Source: Candidatus Nomurabacteria bacterium
GTDB taxonomy: Bacteria; Patescibacteriota; Minisyncoccia; Phycocordibacterales; UBA918
Direction: 5' to 3'
Length of the DNA stretch: 64,000 bases
Assembly (NCBI GenBank): GCA_020632035.1
Contig: JACKGG010000005.1
Location: 4,855 to 68,854 of the forward strand
The notes under the pieces are model-generated. The model saw only the letters and a program-made list of their open reading frames with translations, made no database searches and had not been told where the DNA came from. Position 1 is the stretch's first letter. Each line of letters opens with the position of its first letter. Shown here one piece after another: positions 36,901 through 51,900 of the stretch. Position numbers and translations under genes: made by a program.

Positions 36901-39900
36901 TTTAGTTGAAATTGATGCTGTTGCACAAACAGGCGAATTACACTTCTTGGCTGATTCCTTGAGTAGTGTTTCAGACAATATTTTCCACATATATTTTGAT
37001 AATTCTAGTGCCACTGCTTATGCACCAACTGATCCATACGGCTCACAAGCCGTCTGGACTAACTATGAAGCCGTATACCACTTTTCTGACGACCCAACTA
37101 CAGTTACTAGTGTGATTACTGATGAAACTGGAAACGGACAAGAAATTGAAGTAGAAGGGGCTGGATTAGCTACCACGACTGGAGCGATGGGTACTGCTCT
37201 TGATATGATTGGCTCAGCTGGAATTTTGCGTGATGTCGGTGATGATTGGGCTTGGATAGGAGGTGATGACTTAGTGTCTACAGGTCTTTACTACCAGACG
37301 ACTTCTTCTGGAGAAGCTATTTGGGAATTTGGTAGTAGTGCAAACCCAAACTGGGCTGCCTACATGCCTTGGTACTCAAACGCCTCTACAACTGGTCGTG
37401 GGTACCTGTACTTTGGTTCAAACCAAAGTGGGACATGGGCACGAGACATAGATGTATGGCATCACTTTACTACTATTGCACCAGCTACCACAGGTCAATT
37501 GCATGGGATTTATGACAATGCTGTACTCGAACTGAGTAATACCCAAAGCACGGCTGCTCCATCAAACTTAGGTGGCTTACAAATAGGGCGATGGACAACT
37601 GCTGGTTCATATAATGGAATGATTGACGAACTTCGTTTTGCATCAAATGATGACGCTTTTAGTTCTGGCTGGGTTGCAACCGAACACCTTAATCAGACAG
37701 ATCCAACAAATTTCTATTCGACTAGTACAAGTATATTGGTAGGTGGAGAGAATGTATCTGGTTGGTTTTCTACTAGTTGGGATAATCGTGTTAAATTCAC
37801 TCTGGCCCAAGCAGAAGACAATATTTCTGATTTTCCAGTTTATTTGGACTTATCTACTTTAGGTGATGATTTTTTCACTAATGTGGCAAGTGACGGTAGA
37901 GATATTCGTGTAACGACTGGTGATAGTAGAACAGAGTTACCTTTTGAACTAGTGTCTATAGACACTAGTGCTAAAACCGGTGAGCTCTACTTTAAAACTG
38001 ATTTGACTCAAGATTCAACTACTGATTATTACATTTATTACAATAATAGCGACGCGGCAGCTTATTCGCCAACTGCAACATATGGTTCAGAGAATGTTTG
38101 GACTAATGGTTTCCAAGCGGTTTACCACCTTGAGGAAAGTGCTGCTGGTACAAGTAATCCTGATGTATATAAAGATTCTACTAGTAACCATTATCATGGA
38201 GATGATGAAAATGCTTCGGTTGGAAAGTACGGCTTGTTTGGAAAAGGACAGCAATTTGGATTAGATTCATCGGATTACTTAAGCTTACCTTATCAAGCAA
38301 TGGATGGATTAACCGATAATTCTGTGTCTTGGTGGCACATATCTTCATCATCCGATGATCAAACAATTCTTAGTGGCGCAAATGCTGTTCAGTTTAATGA
38401 ATTTTGGGAGCGTCTAGACAACAACAATTCGTTGATAATTTACTCACAAGGAGGTGGTAGGACTTTTAACTTATCTGATACTGTTGTTAATTATGCAGAT
38501 AATACCTGGCAGTATTATTTAACTACTTCAGAGGATGCGATCGATGAGGTGAATGCTTATATAAACGGGGTGGGAGACAGTGCCAATCCTGATCCTTTGA
38601 CCATATCAGCTTTGGATATTGATAGTGGTGGATTAATTGTTGGACAAGATCAAGATGCTCTTGGTGGAGGGTTTAGCACTGCTGAAAACTTTGAAGGTTT
38701 TCTAGATGAACTACGTATTGCTAGTGTGGTTAGATCTGCTGCTTGGGCAGCGGCTGAGTACGAAAACATGGCCAATCAGAATAGTTTTATTTCTGTCTCT
38801 GACAGTGAAACATTAACTGAGACAAATTTTGTAGAGTTAGATTTTTGGATACAGCATTTCGATGATACTGCAGAAGAAGCAGACATTTGGGTCCAGGTCG
38901 AGGATCTAGCTGTCGGTGACGATACAATTATCTACCTATATTACGGAAGTCCAGGGGCTTCGACAGCAAGTGACGAAATGGCCACATTTACATATAGCAC
39001 CTCTACAGATATCTTCTATGTGGTCGATGATCATGGAGCCACTAGTATTTCAATACAAAGTCTAGTTGATAACAACGAGGTTTCGCTTGATGGAGGAACT
39101 CCAATTCCTTTGAATCAGGGAGAGTCAACTATTTTCACTTCTGGTACATTCGATGGAGATTCTGTAATTAGTATTCTTGGTCCTATTTCAGGAACTGTAA
39201 CAGGAGCTGGTAATGATGGTGGGGACATGCTCGCTCCAATATCATTTGCGACTTCAAGTTTTGCTATACCGACCAGTCGTAGCACTGATCAATGGTTTGT
39301 TTATGCACCGTTTGCTAGTACAACAGCAAGGATATATAAAGGATCTTCCGGAACAGCCTTAGGCACGGCTAATATTGCTACCAGTACATCACATACGTTT
39401 AGTGTCAACATAACAAATACAAACCAAGGTGTTGATGGTGATGGAGCTGTAGTAGAAGCTTCCTCTCCAGTTCTTTTGACACACCGTCATACTACTCAAG
39501 GAGACGGTATGGTTGTGTATCCTCCTACTATTAGAGATATTTTTGGTTTCAATAACCAGTATATGCATTTCTCTGCATTAGCTTCAAACTCAGACCCACT
39601 ACTGAGCTGTTCGGCTGGAGCAGGCGGAACTCTCACTGGTATTACTCGAGGTGATCAAGAAGCAGATGCGTCTTGTACAGCTGGTGGTGAAGGTAGTGGG
39701 TCTGCGGTAAGGGCCAGTGGTCAAGCAGGTCCTATTGCTGCTCTTAGTCAGGCTGATGGAGATGGTAATGAATCAACAATATTTTGGCCTCAACATGAAT
39801 TTGGGACAAGGTACGCTATGACAAATGATAGTGCTTACGCTGCAGTAGTCTGTTCACCAAGATTTGGAGCTACTACACTAGAGATACAAGATAGTGCAGG

Positions 39901-42900
39901 TAATACTGTCGATACCGGTACTTGTACACCAGGAGCAACAACCCCAGGCAAGGCCTTTTTCAATAATGGAAATGGAACTGATGGTGACGCAGTTAATTAT
40001 GTTGCCGGTCACCAAGTTGTGTCTACAAATGGAGTTCCGTTCAAGGTAATTTATGAAGATGTCAAAGTAGAGCAAGACGAAAAAAATATCTCAGGATCAG
40101 TTCAAGCTAGAAAATTTGCTGGAGAATACACCACCTTTATATTTGGCGAACAAGAAATTGCAAACGATGCAGAATATGAACAACTTTCGTTTCGTTGGTA
40201 TCAAAACAATGGACTTCTTGCACCTGCTACAGCTTGGGCACTTAATGATACAGAATTCGTTTCTGAAGGTGGTGCAATAATAGGGGCTGGAGCCGTAGCT
40301 GACACTGATGTATTACGATTAAGAATGAACCTAAGAGCTAGTAATGCAACTGGAACTGAGAATTCTGCTGCCTTTAATCTACAATATGCAGTCGGTACCG
40401 CAGGACAATGTGATCTAGTGTCTGACTGGTTTGATATTGGTGAACAGGGTAGTACCACGGCTGCATTCTCTGGTTATGATAATCCAAGTGTAGGTGACGG
40501 AAAGACTTTATCTACTACCAAGTTAGCGGCATCTACAGTACTTGGAACTTACGAAGAACGTAATCACTCTGACTTTTTACCAAATGACGTACCAGTGAAT
40601 GGTGTTGTGGAATTCGATTGGGTAATTGAAGCTACCAACGTTGATGTTAACACTAACTATTGCTTCAGGATGACGCGTGTAAGTGGGGTCGAACTAGTTA
40701 CTTATACTCTGTATCCAGAACTTGAAACTGTTGGTCCCCCAAATACTCCCACTAACGTTGTATTCTTTGATAATGAAAAAACTAATGTTCTGACACCTGT
40801 TCTTGAGTTTTATACGATCGATATCGCTGGTGATGATGTTCATTATCGAGTTCAGATAGACGATGATTACGACTTTACCTCAGTTGTATTAGATAGAAAT
40901 TCTGATAGTCACTTCTCAGAATTCGAAAATCTAGATTTACCATCAGATAAGGCTCCATTTACATCAGGTAATAGAATCAGGTTTACTTCTAGTTCAGGAT
41001 TATCTCCAACTACTACTTATTGGTATAGGGTACGAGCTAGTGATCCTGATGGTTCTGCAACTAGTAGCGATTGGTCGGTTCCAACTAGCTTTACTACTGA
41101 TACTGTTATAACTGTTTCTGAGTGGTTACAAACTACCACTGAACAATTTCAAACTAATTCACTGTCGGGTGTAACAGTAAGTGGTAATCAGGTGTCTGTC
41201 TCTGTCAACCCAGGTACTATGACAAGTACTCCAATTGATTTTGATGATGCTGTTGTTGGTAATGCTTGGGGTGAGGTATCCTGGAACGACACCGAGACTT
41301 CCGGGGCAATAACTATTCAGGTACAATACAATAATAATGGAAATTGGACTTTAATACCTGATTCACAAATCACCGGAAATAGTGTTGGTATTTCTACTTC
41401 TCCAATTAATATTCTTTCTCTCGACACTAGTATTTATAATGAGATTAGATTAGTGGCCACTTTCACTGGGACTACACTCTCTCTGCAGGATTGGTCAGTC
41501 AAGTGGGGTCTACGAGTAGAAACTCCAGTTCAGGGTGACCTATTTGATAATCAAAAAGTCAATACAACTGTTCCTCATTTTGATTTTCTTTCGAACGACC
41601 CGCAAGGAGATGATTTAGAGTACGAAATTTCGTTTAGTACAGATATTAACTTTATTTTAAGTTCATCAACCTATAATTCTAGTACTAGTCCAGGCTTCGC
41701 AAGTCAACTCTATACATCTGGTGATACTGCTGTTTACATTACCCAACCTGGCGATGCCTTCACCAACGGTCTTACTTACTGGTGGCGTACAAGAGCTAGG
41801 GATACTCTCGGTGGTAATTCTTGGTCTTCATGGGCTGAGCCAGATTCTTTCACTGTCGATACAGGTATATCACTTTCAACCTGGTTTCAAACAACAAAAG
41901 AACAGTTTGAGCAAGGATTTACAGAGGGTACAATTGCTTCGACATCTAATTCAGTGATTATGTCTGATGACGTTGGTGAGTATGGCACGGTTGCATTGAC
42001 AGACAACAATGAAGTCACTATTACAACTCAACGAACTTACGAAAATATGGTGGTGGTCGCTTCACCAGAATATTCTAGTACCATCTTTACTGATGCGAGA
42101 ACCCCGCGTGTCTACGATAAGACATCCAACTCCTTTAAAATTAAAGTTGATAATTATACCGGTGGTTTTGTTGGTTCTACGGCTGTTGACTATATCGTCA
42201 TGGAAGCTGGAGATTGGACTATTGCTGATGGAGCCACTGGCTTTAGAGTACTAGCAGGAACGGAATCTGTCACAGCTGTTCAAAATCAACCTTATTTAAA
42301 TGGTGTAGGAAGCCTAATTACATTTAGTCCAGCCTTTTCAACTGCTCCAGTCCCGCTCGCAACACTAGCAAGTAATAATGATAGTACTTGGGCCGGTATT
42401 GCGATAGATGACCGGGTAGGATATTTGAACGAAGTAACAACATCTCAGATGGGATTGTCTTTATCTAAGAGTCGCTCACTTTTGTCTCATTCTGAAGCTG
42501 AAGATGTAGATTACATAGTTTTTGCTCCTAAGATTGGTACTAATAATGGAGTTAAATTTAGGAGTTTTAACTCGTCAGATAATGTCGATGATTATCCTAC
42601 AAATGGAGGATATGGTCAGGCACTTGGCGCCGGCTTTACCTCAACACCAGGGGTAACACTTACAGCGAACAATGGTACAGACGGAAGTGACGGAGCATTT
42701 ATTTTTAAGAACTTATCTGGAACTCAATCTAACTCTTCGCTGTTCTTGTCTGCCCATGAAATGGGAGCTACAGCAGACGCTCACACCCAGGAAATCTCAT
42801 CAATTGTGGCCTTTGAAAGTAGCTCTGGAATGATCGCAAGACAAAATTCAGGTAATTTGAGTGGGACTTTTGCAGGTGAGGATATCGTCTTTAGTGATGG

Positions 42901-45900
42901 AGCTGGTCCGAAATTTGATAATTTCTCTTGGAGTGCAACTACACCTGGTGCTAGTACCGTCTCTGTCCAAATACAATATCAGGTAAGTGAAGGAGTGTAT
43001 GCACTGATTCCAAATTCACAAATTCCTGGAAATAGTGTCGGTACAACAACTTCACCAATTGATTTAACAGGAGTCGATATAGATTTGTATCCAGTCATCC
43101 GAGCCTTTGCAACTTTGTCTTGCAATAGTGGTAATTGTCCTTCTCTGGATGATTGGAAGCTTGAGTGGAGTGAGGGTGTAAATATGTCTGGTACTTTAAA
43201 GGAGTATGACCGACTGACTAATGTAGCAACCGGGACCATTATGGCTGCTGTGAATGGTATACCTGTAGCTAGTTCTGCTACAGCTTCATCTGGAGTATGG
43301 ACTATCAGTAATGTGACTGCTTTCGCTGGTGACATTGTTACTGTATGGGTTGATGGAGCGACCGAATCTGAAGAAGCTGTAGCGGCTTTTGTATATGATG
43401 GCATTGGTGATATCAGTGGGGTTGAACTTTTTGAACAACACCTTTCTATCTCTTCCAATGAAGAAGAGACCGTTACAAATACTTTGCTTGGAATGTATGA
43501 CAATCTAGCTTCTGGCGATGAGGATATATTTTTTGACGTAGATGGGTCAAACAATCTAGTGCTTTGTAGTGTTGGAACCTGTTCAGATGCAAATATATAT
43601 ATTGGTCTTGGCAATACATATATTCCAGCTTCTACAGGAGGAGTCAGTGTGTCGACTCACGATTTTGTAAATGATGGATTTATTGAGTTAGACTCGAACA
43701 CATTTAATGTCTCTGGCTCGTGGAAGAATTATGCGACCTCATCTACTGATACATCAGTCTTAAATATGACCGCTGCAACTGGGACAGAATCTATTAGTAG
43801 TACTGAGAGTCCTCTAAATTTCCATACTGTTAGTTTTGGAAGCGGTATTGGTGATGCAACATTCTTAATTCCAGATAATCTGGATTTATCTGGAAGTCTG
43901 ACAGTAGCTAGTGGTACCCTGAGTCGTGATGGATTGATGTTGTCTGTGGCCGGTAATATAACAACTGGAACTGCAGGCTTTTGGTTAGGAACAGGTACTA
44001 CAACATTTGATGGAGCTGGTTCAAAAACTTGGCGTGATGATAATCCTGTAACCCAAATAATAGGTGATGTATTGATCGATGGTGCATCAACTATAGTTAC
44101 AGCGTTAACAGATGTTGGTGCATATGATATTCGTATTGGTACAAATGATCGCTTAAATGGTTCTTCAGGAAACACTATTTTTGTGGCTGGGGACTGGAAG
44201 AATAGTGGTACTTATAGTGCACAAAATGGGACTGTTGAAATCATCAATGATAACAGATCATATCCACCGATAGTTCCTGGTTCACAGGACTGGTACGTTG
44301 ACAGTAGTTTCGATAGTCGAATAATGTTGGAACTTAATCATGCAGAAGTGCCTGGAGATTTAAGTGACTTCCCACTTTATGTTGACTTATCGACACTTGG
44401 TAACTCGTTCTGGTCTGAGGTAGCTAATGATGGTCATGATATTCGTGTCACGAGTGGTGATGGCCAAACTGAATTACCGTACGACTTAGTAAGAATTAAT
44501 ACCACCACAAAAAATGGAGAGTTACATTTCTTAGCTGATAATGTTGAAAGTTCAACATCAACCTACTTCTTTATTTACTTTAATAATCCAACAGCTACTA
44601 CTTATCAAACCTATGATACATATGGAAGTGAAGCAGTATGGACAGACTACGAAGCGGTATATCACTTTAATGATGACCCAACAGCAGTAGACAACTATGT
44701 ACTTGATTCTACTACTAATCAACGTCACTTGTTGGTAGAAGCAGCTGCTCTTGCAACATCTACAGGTAAACTAGGTTTGGGCATTAATTTAATTGGCTCG
44801 ACTGGTATTCTTCGGAATGCTGGCTTTACATGGCAGTCTGGAAATCCTTTAATAACTTCAGGTTGGTACAAGATGCCGGCAGCTAGTAATGAATCTTTGT
44901 GGCAATGGGGGACTGGTGCTTCACCAGACAACCTGGAATATCGTCCTTGGTATAGTGGTGTAACCGGGCTCCATTACTTTGGTGTTACTAGTGGTGCTAC
45001 TTACAGTCAGACTCCTAGAGATACTACAAACTGGGTGCACTTCACGACAGTTGGTGCAACTTCAACAAGTCAGGATAACGTCGTGTATCAGAACTCTCTA
45101 GAAGTCGAGAGGATTACTCAGACAGTTGCAAATCCTTACAATAACGGTGCTACTGGTTTGCAAGTTGGTAGAAACGGGACAACAAATTCGCTACAAGCTC
45201 AGCTTGATGAATTTCGTATTACAACAATTACCAGAAATCAATCCTGGGTTCAGGCTGAATACAATAACCAGCACTCACCGACTATCTTCTATAGTACAAC
45301 AACTGTACAGTCGTACACCCCTGACTTAGTAATTGATGAACCGACTCACAACATCAGTACTGGAGGTTCATCCTTCTACAATTTGATAATTAATGATGCT
45401 ACTACTTCACCGGCGTTTATCAATCCATCAGTCTCGGTACTAGGGACCTTTACTGTTGCTACTGGTACAATAGCTCTTCCGACTGGGACACTTACTGTGG
45501 GTCGTTCGTTCATTAATAATGGTTACTTCATGCATAATAATGGTGAAGTTAAGTTCACCAGTACAGTACCTGCCACAATTACGCTCAATGGTACTCAGTT
45601 TTTCAATGCTCTCTACAATGTTACTTTTAGCGGTACTGGCAGCTGGACTTTCTCCGATTTAAATGCAACTTCTAGTAACGATGTCATTATTAATAATGGC
45701 TCTGTAGTATTTCCAACTGGCGTCATGACCATTGGTGGAACACTAGATGTAAATGCTGGAAGCTTCAATGCTAATAATGGTACTGTAAAATTCACTTCAT
45801 CAGAAAATGAAGACGTAACAACTAAGGGATCTTCATTTAATAATGTTATTTTTGGACTAAATGATAGCACTGTTGGTTGGTACAACTCGGATTGGGCTAG

Positions 45901-48900
45901 ACGTTCTGTTATAACAATTGCTTCGACTTCGGTGGCTGGAGCCGTCACTGGTTTTCCAGTGTATATTGATCTCAGTATGCTCGGGGATGAGTTCTGGAGT
46001 AACGTACAGTCAGATGGAGATGGTATCAGAATCACTAGTGCAAATGGAAAGACGGAGTTGCCTTACGACTTAGTTGAATTTAGTGCTGGTCTAAGAACAG
46101 GAGAGCTACATTTTCTAGCTCCGTCTCTGTCTTCAATTTCTGACACAAACTTTTATTTATACTACGATAATCCAGAAGCTACAGCATATGAGAGCGGAGA
46201 CACCTATGGAAGCGAAGCAGTATGGGTAGAGTACGAAGCGGTCTACCACTTTAATGAAGATCCGGTCGGCGGTATCACAGATGCCTCCGGTAACGGTAAA
46301 GATCTTGTTCCAACTGTAGGAACACCTTTAACTACAGCTGGTGTCTTGGGTACTGCGCTAGATACCACTCCTTCTAGTGTAATGCTTGAAGATTCTGACT
46401 GGACCTGGACTTCAGGAGAAGACTTAGTTTCTTCTGGTCTATATTTCCAGAGTGCAGTCGACACAGGAGCATTATGGGAATGGGGTAGCTCATGTTCAAC
46501 AGACGATTGTCTGGCTTATATGCCATGGTACGACAGTGGAGATAGGGGGTACAATAGATTTGGAGAAACTTCTGGAAATGATTTCAGGTTTACGCGAGAT
46601 AATAGTAAATGGCATCACTTTACAACAAATGGTCGAGCTACTGACGGAGAACCAGTTCAGATTTTTGAAGATAGTATTTTACGCGGTAGTTATCTACAGT
46701 CTTCAACAGGGGAAAATCCATCCCAAACCGGACTTCAAATTGGACGTTATGTCACTAACACTTATATGGATATAGATATAGATGAACTTCGTTTCGCTAC
46801 AACTACCAGGAGTCAACAATGGATAACTACTGAATACAATAACCTTACAAACGTCGATGATTTCTATAGTACCTCAACAGAACTTTATCTGGAGGTTGTC
46901 CCATCTTTTACTCTAGATGAAGTAACCACAGATGTAAATGGAGATGTAACTATATACTATGCTAATTTAGTAGCTCCAAGCAATAATTTGAAAATTGGAG
47001 GATCAGCCTTAAATGTTGGTGGGTCATATGATCCAAATAATGCCACAACAACTTTTGATAGCAATGACATTGGTGAGACTGTCGAGTTTGGAGATGGAGC
47101 TTTTTACAACTTAAGCTTCAATGGAATTGGCGGCGGTTGGACAATTTCAACTACAACAGTAGCAAATAATACATCATTAGTAGCAGGAGCTGATTTTACA
47201 TTGTCTCCAGGAAATACCTTATTTGTAGGAGGAATATTTAGCAATGCTTTTAGTGCGGTTTCCACGACTTGGACGGGTAGTACCCTGGCTCTATCAGGAG
47301 GTGATTATACCGTCACTGGACGACTCGACTCTGGAGATGATTATGCTCGATTGATTGTCTCAGGAGATTCTGACTTAGTTATTTGGAATTCAAGTGTCAG
47401 CACCTCTACTATTCGTGACACTTCATCTCTATATATGCCAGACTACGACACTGTAGATGGCCAACTCCGAATTTATGGTGACTACACAAGAGCGAGTGGA
47501 GTTGAGTACTGGAGTTACGATACTGATTTTGATGGTACTAACCTATCTGGGGGCGGTGAACGACCTGTCGCTGTTTCAATCGGTAGAGGTTCAGCTATTC
47601 TATTTGCCACTAGCACATCTCTGGAGGTAATTGGAACTATTGGTGCAACTACTACAGTCCAAGCAATAACTGGTATTTATTCACTAAAGGTAAATGCTGG
47701 AACATTTGACGGTCAGTATGCTTCATTCTCTAATATTGGACCACTTGGATTGCAACTATCTAATGGTACGGTCATTAATAATTTCTCAAATAGTGAGTTT
47801 TCTGTAGCAGGTGGCCGAACTGGTATAACGGCAGATGCTACTACCATCAATGCCCAGCCTTCCGCTGAATATGTCGGTATAATATTTAGTACTTCTTCAG
47901 CTAATAGTATTTATGAACCGGCATGGATTGATCAAGTGGTTGTCAAAATATTTTCTGGTACTGTCAACGAAGATTTGATTGATTATCCTGTTTATATTGA
48001 TTTATCTACCCTCGGTAGTAGTTTTTGGTCTGGTGTCCAAAGTGATGGTAGGGATATTAGAATAACGACCAACAATGGGCTTGAATTACCTTTTGATCTG
48101 GTGGAAATTAATACTATTACAAAAACAGGAGAACTTCATTTCTTGGCACCACTAGTCTCTTCGGGTCAGGATACTGCTTTCTATGTACACTTTAATAATC
48201 CAGCTGCAACATCTTATTTGGCAACAGATGAATACGGTGCAAATGCAGTTTGGAGTAATTACGAAGCGGTCTACCACTTTAATGAAGATCCGACATTATC
48301 AATAACTGATATGACAGGGAATGGTCGCGACTTGTATCCAACAGTAGGATCAATGGCAACTACTTCTGGTCTACTTGGTACTGCACTAGATACCACCGCG
48401 AGTAACGCTAGGATTGAGAATGTCGCTTGGACATGGACCCCTGGCGATGATTTGATTTCTTCCGGCCTCTATTATATGAGCAATTTCGATACTGGTGCTT
48501 TATGGCAATTTGGTGCTGGAAATGGCTCAAATAATGGTACCTACCTTGCTTATTTACCTTGGTATAACAGCGCGACTAGGGGTTATCACTTCTTTGGTAT
48601 AACTTCAGGAGGTGATTACGACTTTGCTAGAAATAATGCTATATGGCATCACTTCACAACCATAGGTCGAGCAGCTGATGGTGCTACTAGTGAATTTTAT
48701 GAAGACAATCTCTTGCGTGACAGCGTTACTCAGATTACATCATCTGCTAATCCTTCGAACACTGGTTTGCGTATCGGTGCCTATCAAAACTCCACATACT
48801 TGGATGTTGATGTAGACGAGCTTCGCTTTGCTACTGTCGTACCGTCGACAAATAGAATTGATGCAGAACACTTAAACTTTACAGACCCTTCTTCTTTCTA

Positions 48901-51900
48901 TTCGACTAGTTCTGCTGAAGTTTTGACCTATAACGTTACCGCTGATGGGGTTCCTTCGACTTTCTGGTTGTTTTCTGCTGGTTCAGGAAATATCTACGGG
49001 GAATCTTTTGATAATGATGATGGGGATCCAGGATCAATCCAGTGGGATGACAGTAATTTTGCTGTAACTATATCCGGTGTTGTATATAGTGATGATGGAG
49101 TGACTCCAGAAGGCTTTCCTGTATGTAATGGTTCGACAGAGGTGGTAACTATCGTGCTTGATGGGGTTACTACATACACCGCTCCTTGTAATCCAATCGA
49201 TGGTACTTATAGAGTTGAAGGTATAGCTTATGTAGGAGAGCCAATAATAACTGCTTATATTGAAAGCAGTGCAACAGAAAACCAAACAAATGTAACTATT
49301 TATGATGAGACCACTGGGGTGGGGACTGTGGCAAGTAACATAATGACAGTAGCAAGGCCTAGTGTCGTGGACGATTCAGTTCTTGTTTTAATCGCTGGTA
49401 AGGATGATGATATTAATTTCGGAACGGCATCAGGTTGGACTTCTGTGGATATTCAAGGAGTCAACTCAGACGATCAAATTGCTGTTGGTATCTGGTACAA
49501 AGTTGTTTCAGATGCTGGTACGGAACCTGCAACATATGATTTTCCTATTGTTGACGGTGGTGAAGAATATAATTACTGGATGGGTTCATTACTAAATGTG
49601 GACACTGTTACACCAGTTGATGTTGCAAGTACATGGACGAAACTGATAAACAGTATTGCACCAAATGCACCTCAAATCACTACTGTAACAAATGGAGCAT
49701 TGGTACTTTCTGCCTGGTACGTAGATTCTGAAGTGGAAGTCACACCACCAGTTTATGGTTGGGATGATCGGGCTAGAAATGTCGTTGGAGCTGGTCTTAA
49801 TAACCTAACGGTTTCATCTCAACTCTTTGAAACAGCTGGTCCGACCGGTAGCTCTACATTAACCGGGGCAACTCTAAACAGCGATCCTTATGTTGGTCAG
49901 TTCGCCTTCAGGCCAGCTGCTAACCCGACTGCAACTGGAAGTATGGTTGCTGCGGTAGTGACAAAAACGCCACTTGGTAATTCTGGATCACCTTATGAAG
50001 ACATTGAATTACGTGATACTCGGGCAGGAACTGGATTGGTGGACTTCGCTACTAACATCACTGTCAATCGACCAGTGGTTGAAAACGGTGACGTTTTAGT
50101 AATGTTTATTGCCAGAGAAGATGATTTTAGTATTGCTGGTCCGCCTGGTTGGGTGGCTGCACAAGAAAGAATTGAAGGCACAGGAAATGATATGTACTCT
50201 GGTATATGGTATAAGGTTGTCACTAATGCTGGAGCGGAACCGGCCACTTATGATTTCTTAAATAATGATACTGCTGGTACAGAAGAGTATTCATATTGGA
50301 TAGGTTCATTTGATGGTGTTGATACAGGTAATGTATTTGATACTTCTGATTCATGGTCAAATCTCCAAAACACCTCTACTCCAGCTGCACCAAGTATTAC
50401 TACTGTAACCAATGGATCTTATGTGCTAGCTGGTTGGTATGTAATTGATGATGCTTCTTTGGATATGCCGGGTGCCCCATGGACCACCTTAGCTGATGAT
50501 ATCCAAACTGGTAGTAGACTACTAGCTGTTGCTGGACGATCATTTGCTACGGCTGGAGCAACTGGAGCAGTCACTCTTACAAACGGAAGTACAGATGATG
50601 TAAACGTCGGTCAGTTTGCTCTACGTCCAGCTCAAGTCTCTGTAGCAAGCAAGATTAAAGACATGGACTTGTATCAGAATCGGGTAATAGTAAGGCATGA
50701 AAACATTGACCCACTGACTATTGCCGATATGGACATATTCGACAATGGTAACGAATCAGACTTGCCATTTACGGTCACAATTGGATCACCAGACCAACTA
50801 AATGTATTATCAGGATCAGGTTTGTTTGTGTGGGGAGGTAAAACCTTTGCTCCAACTGGAGAAATTAATTTACAAGGAAACGGCTCAACTGTAGCAGATG
50901 GTTCCTTGAACTTAGGGACAGGAAGTACTTTCACGAGTGTTGGAACGAATCCAATTACCATTGGTGGTTCGCTCTACACTGGTACAGGAGCTACTTTTAC
51001 AGGTGCGTCTAGCCTGGTCACATTCACGGCAACAAATGCTGGGCAGCAGATTGGTTCAGCTGCCAGTTCAACGCTTACTTTTAACAGCTTAGCGTTTAAT
51101 GGTGTTGGTGGTAACTGGGCAGTAAAAACACCAATCTTGTCGCAAACAGGTATCTCAGTTGCAACAGGAACAGTTAGTGGTATTGCAAATATCACCGTAG
51201 ATACAGGTTCATTTTCAGGAAATGGTACTGTTGATATGACGGGAGGATTAACTACTATTAGGCGTACAAATACTCTTGGTGGTGCTAGAGCTTGGACATT
51301 CAATAGTTTGACACTCGGTAATGGATCTACTGCTGGAGTAACTACACCAGCAGGAATAGCTACCACATCAGTCCGTAGTGTGTTAACGATTGCAGCTGCT
51401 CACTTTTTGGATGCTAATAATTCACTGTGGGATTTAAGAGGAAACGGAAATGCATTTGTCGAAACAGGAACTTTGCTTGAAGATACAAGTACAATTCGCT
51501 TTAGTGGTATCACGCCAAACGTCAAGCAAACTCCTTATTACAACCTAACAATTGATACAGATCGAGGTGGAAGTGTGGTAGCGACAGCACCAGTAACTGG
51601 ATTACAGGTTCTGAATAATTTAAGGATTGGAGCGATCAGTACCTCTACGTTGAATGCAAATATCAATGATCCAGTATTAGCCGTTGGAAAGAATCTCTAT
51701 ATTGGCTCACGAGGTACGCTTGAAGCAAGTAACGTTCAGACTTTAACTGTAAACGGTAATTGGGATAATGACGGTGTCTTTAATGCGAATGGTGGAACTG
51801 TCACTTTCTCTAAGACAGGCGGAAGCGCAACGGTTGCAGCTGGTAATTCATCTTTTGCAAAATTAAATATCTTAGGTACAGCTGGATATATATTTACTGA

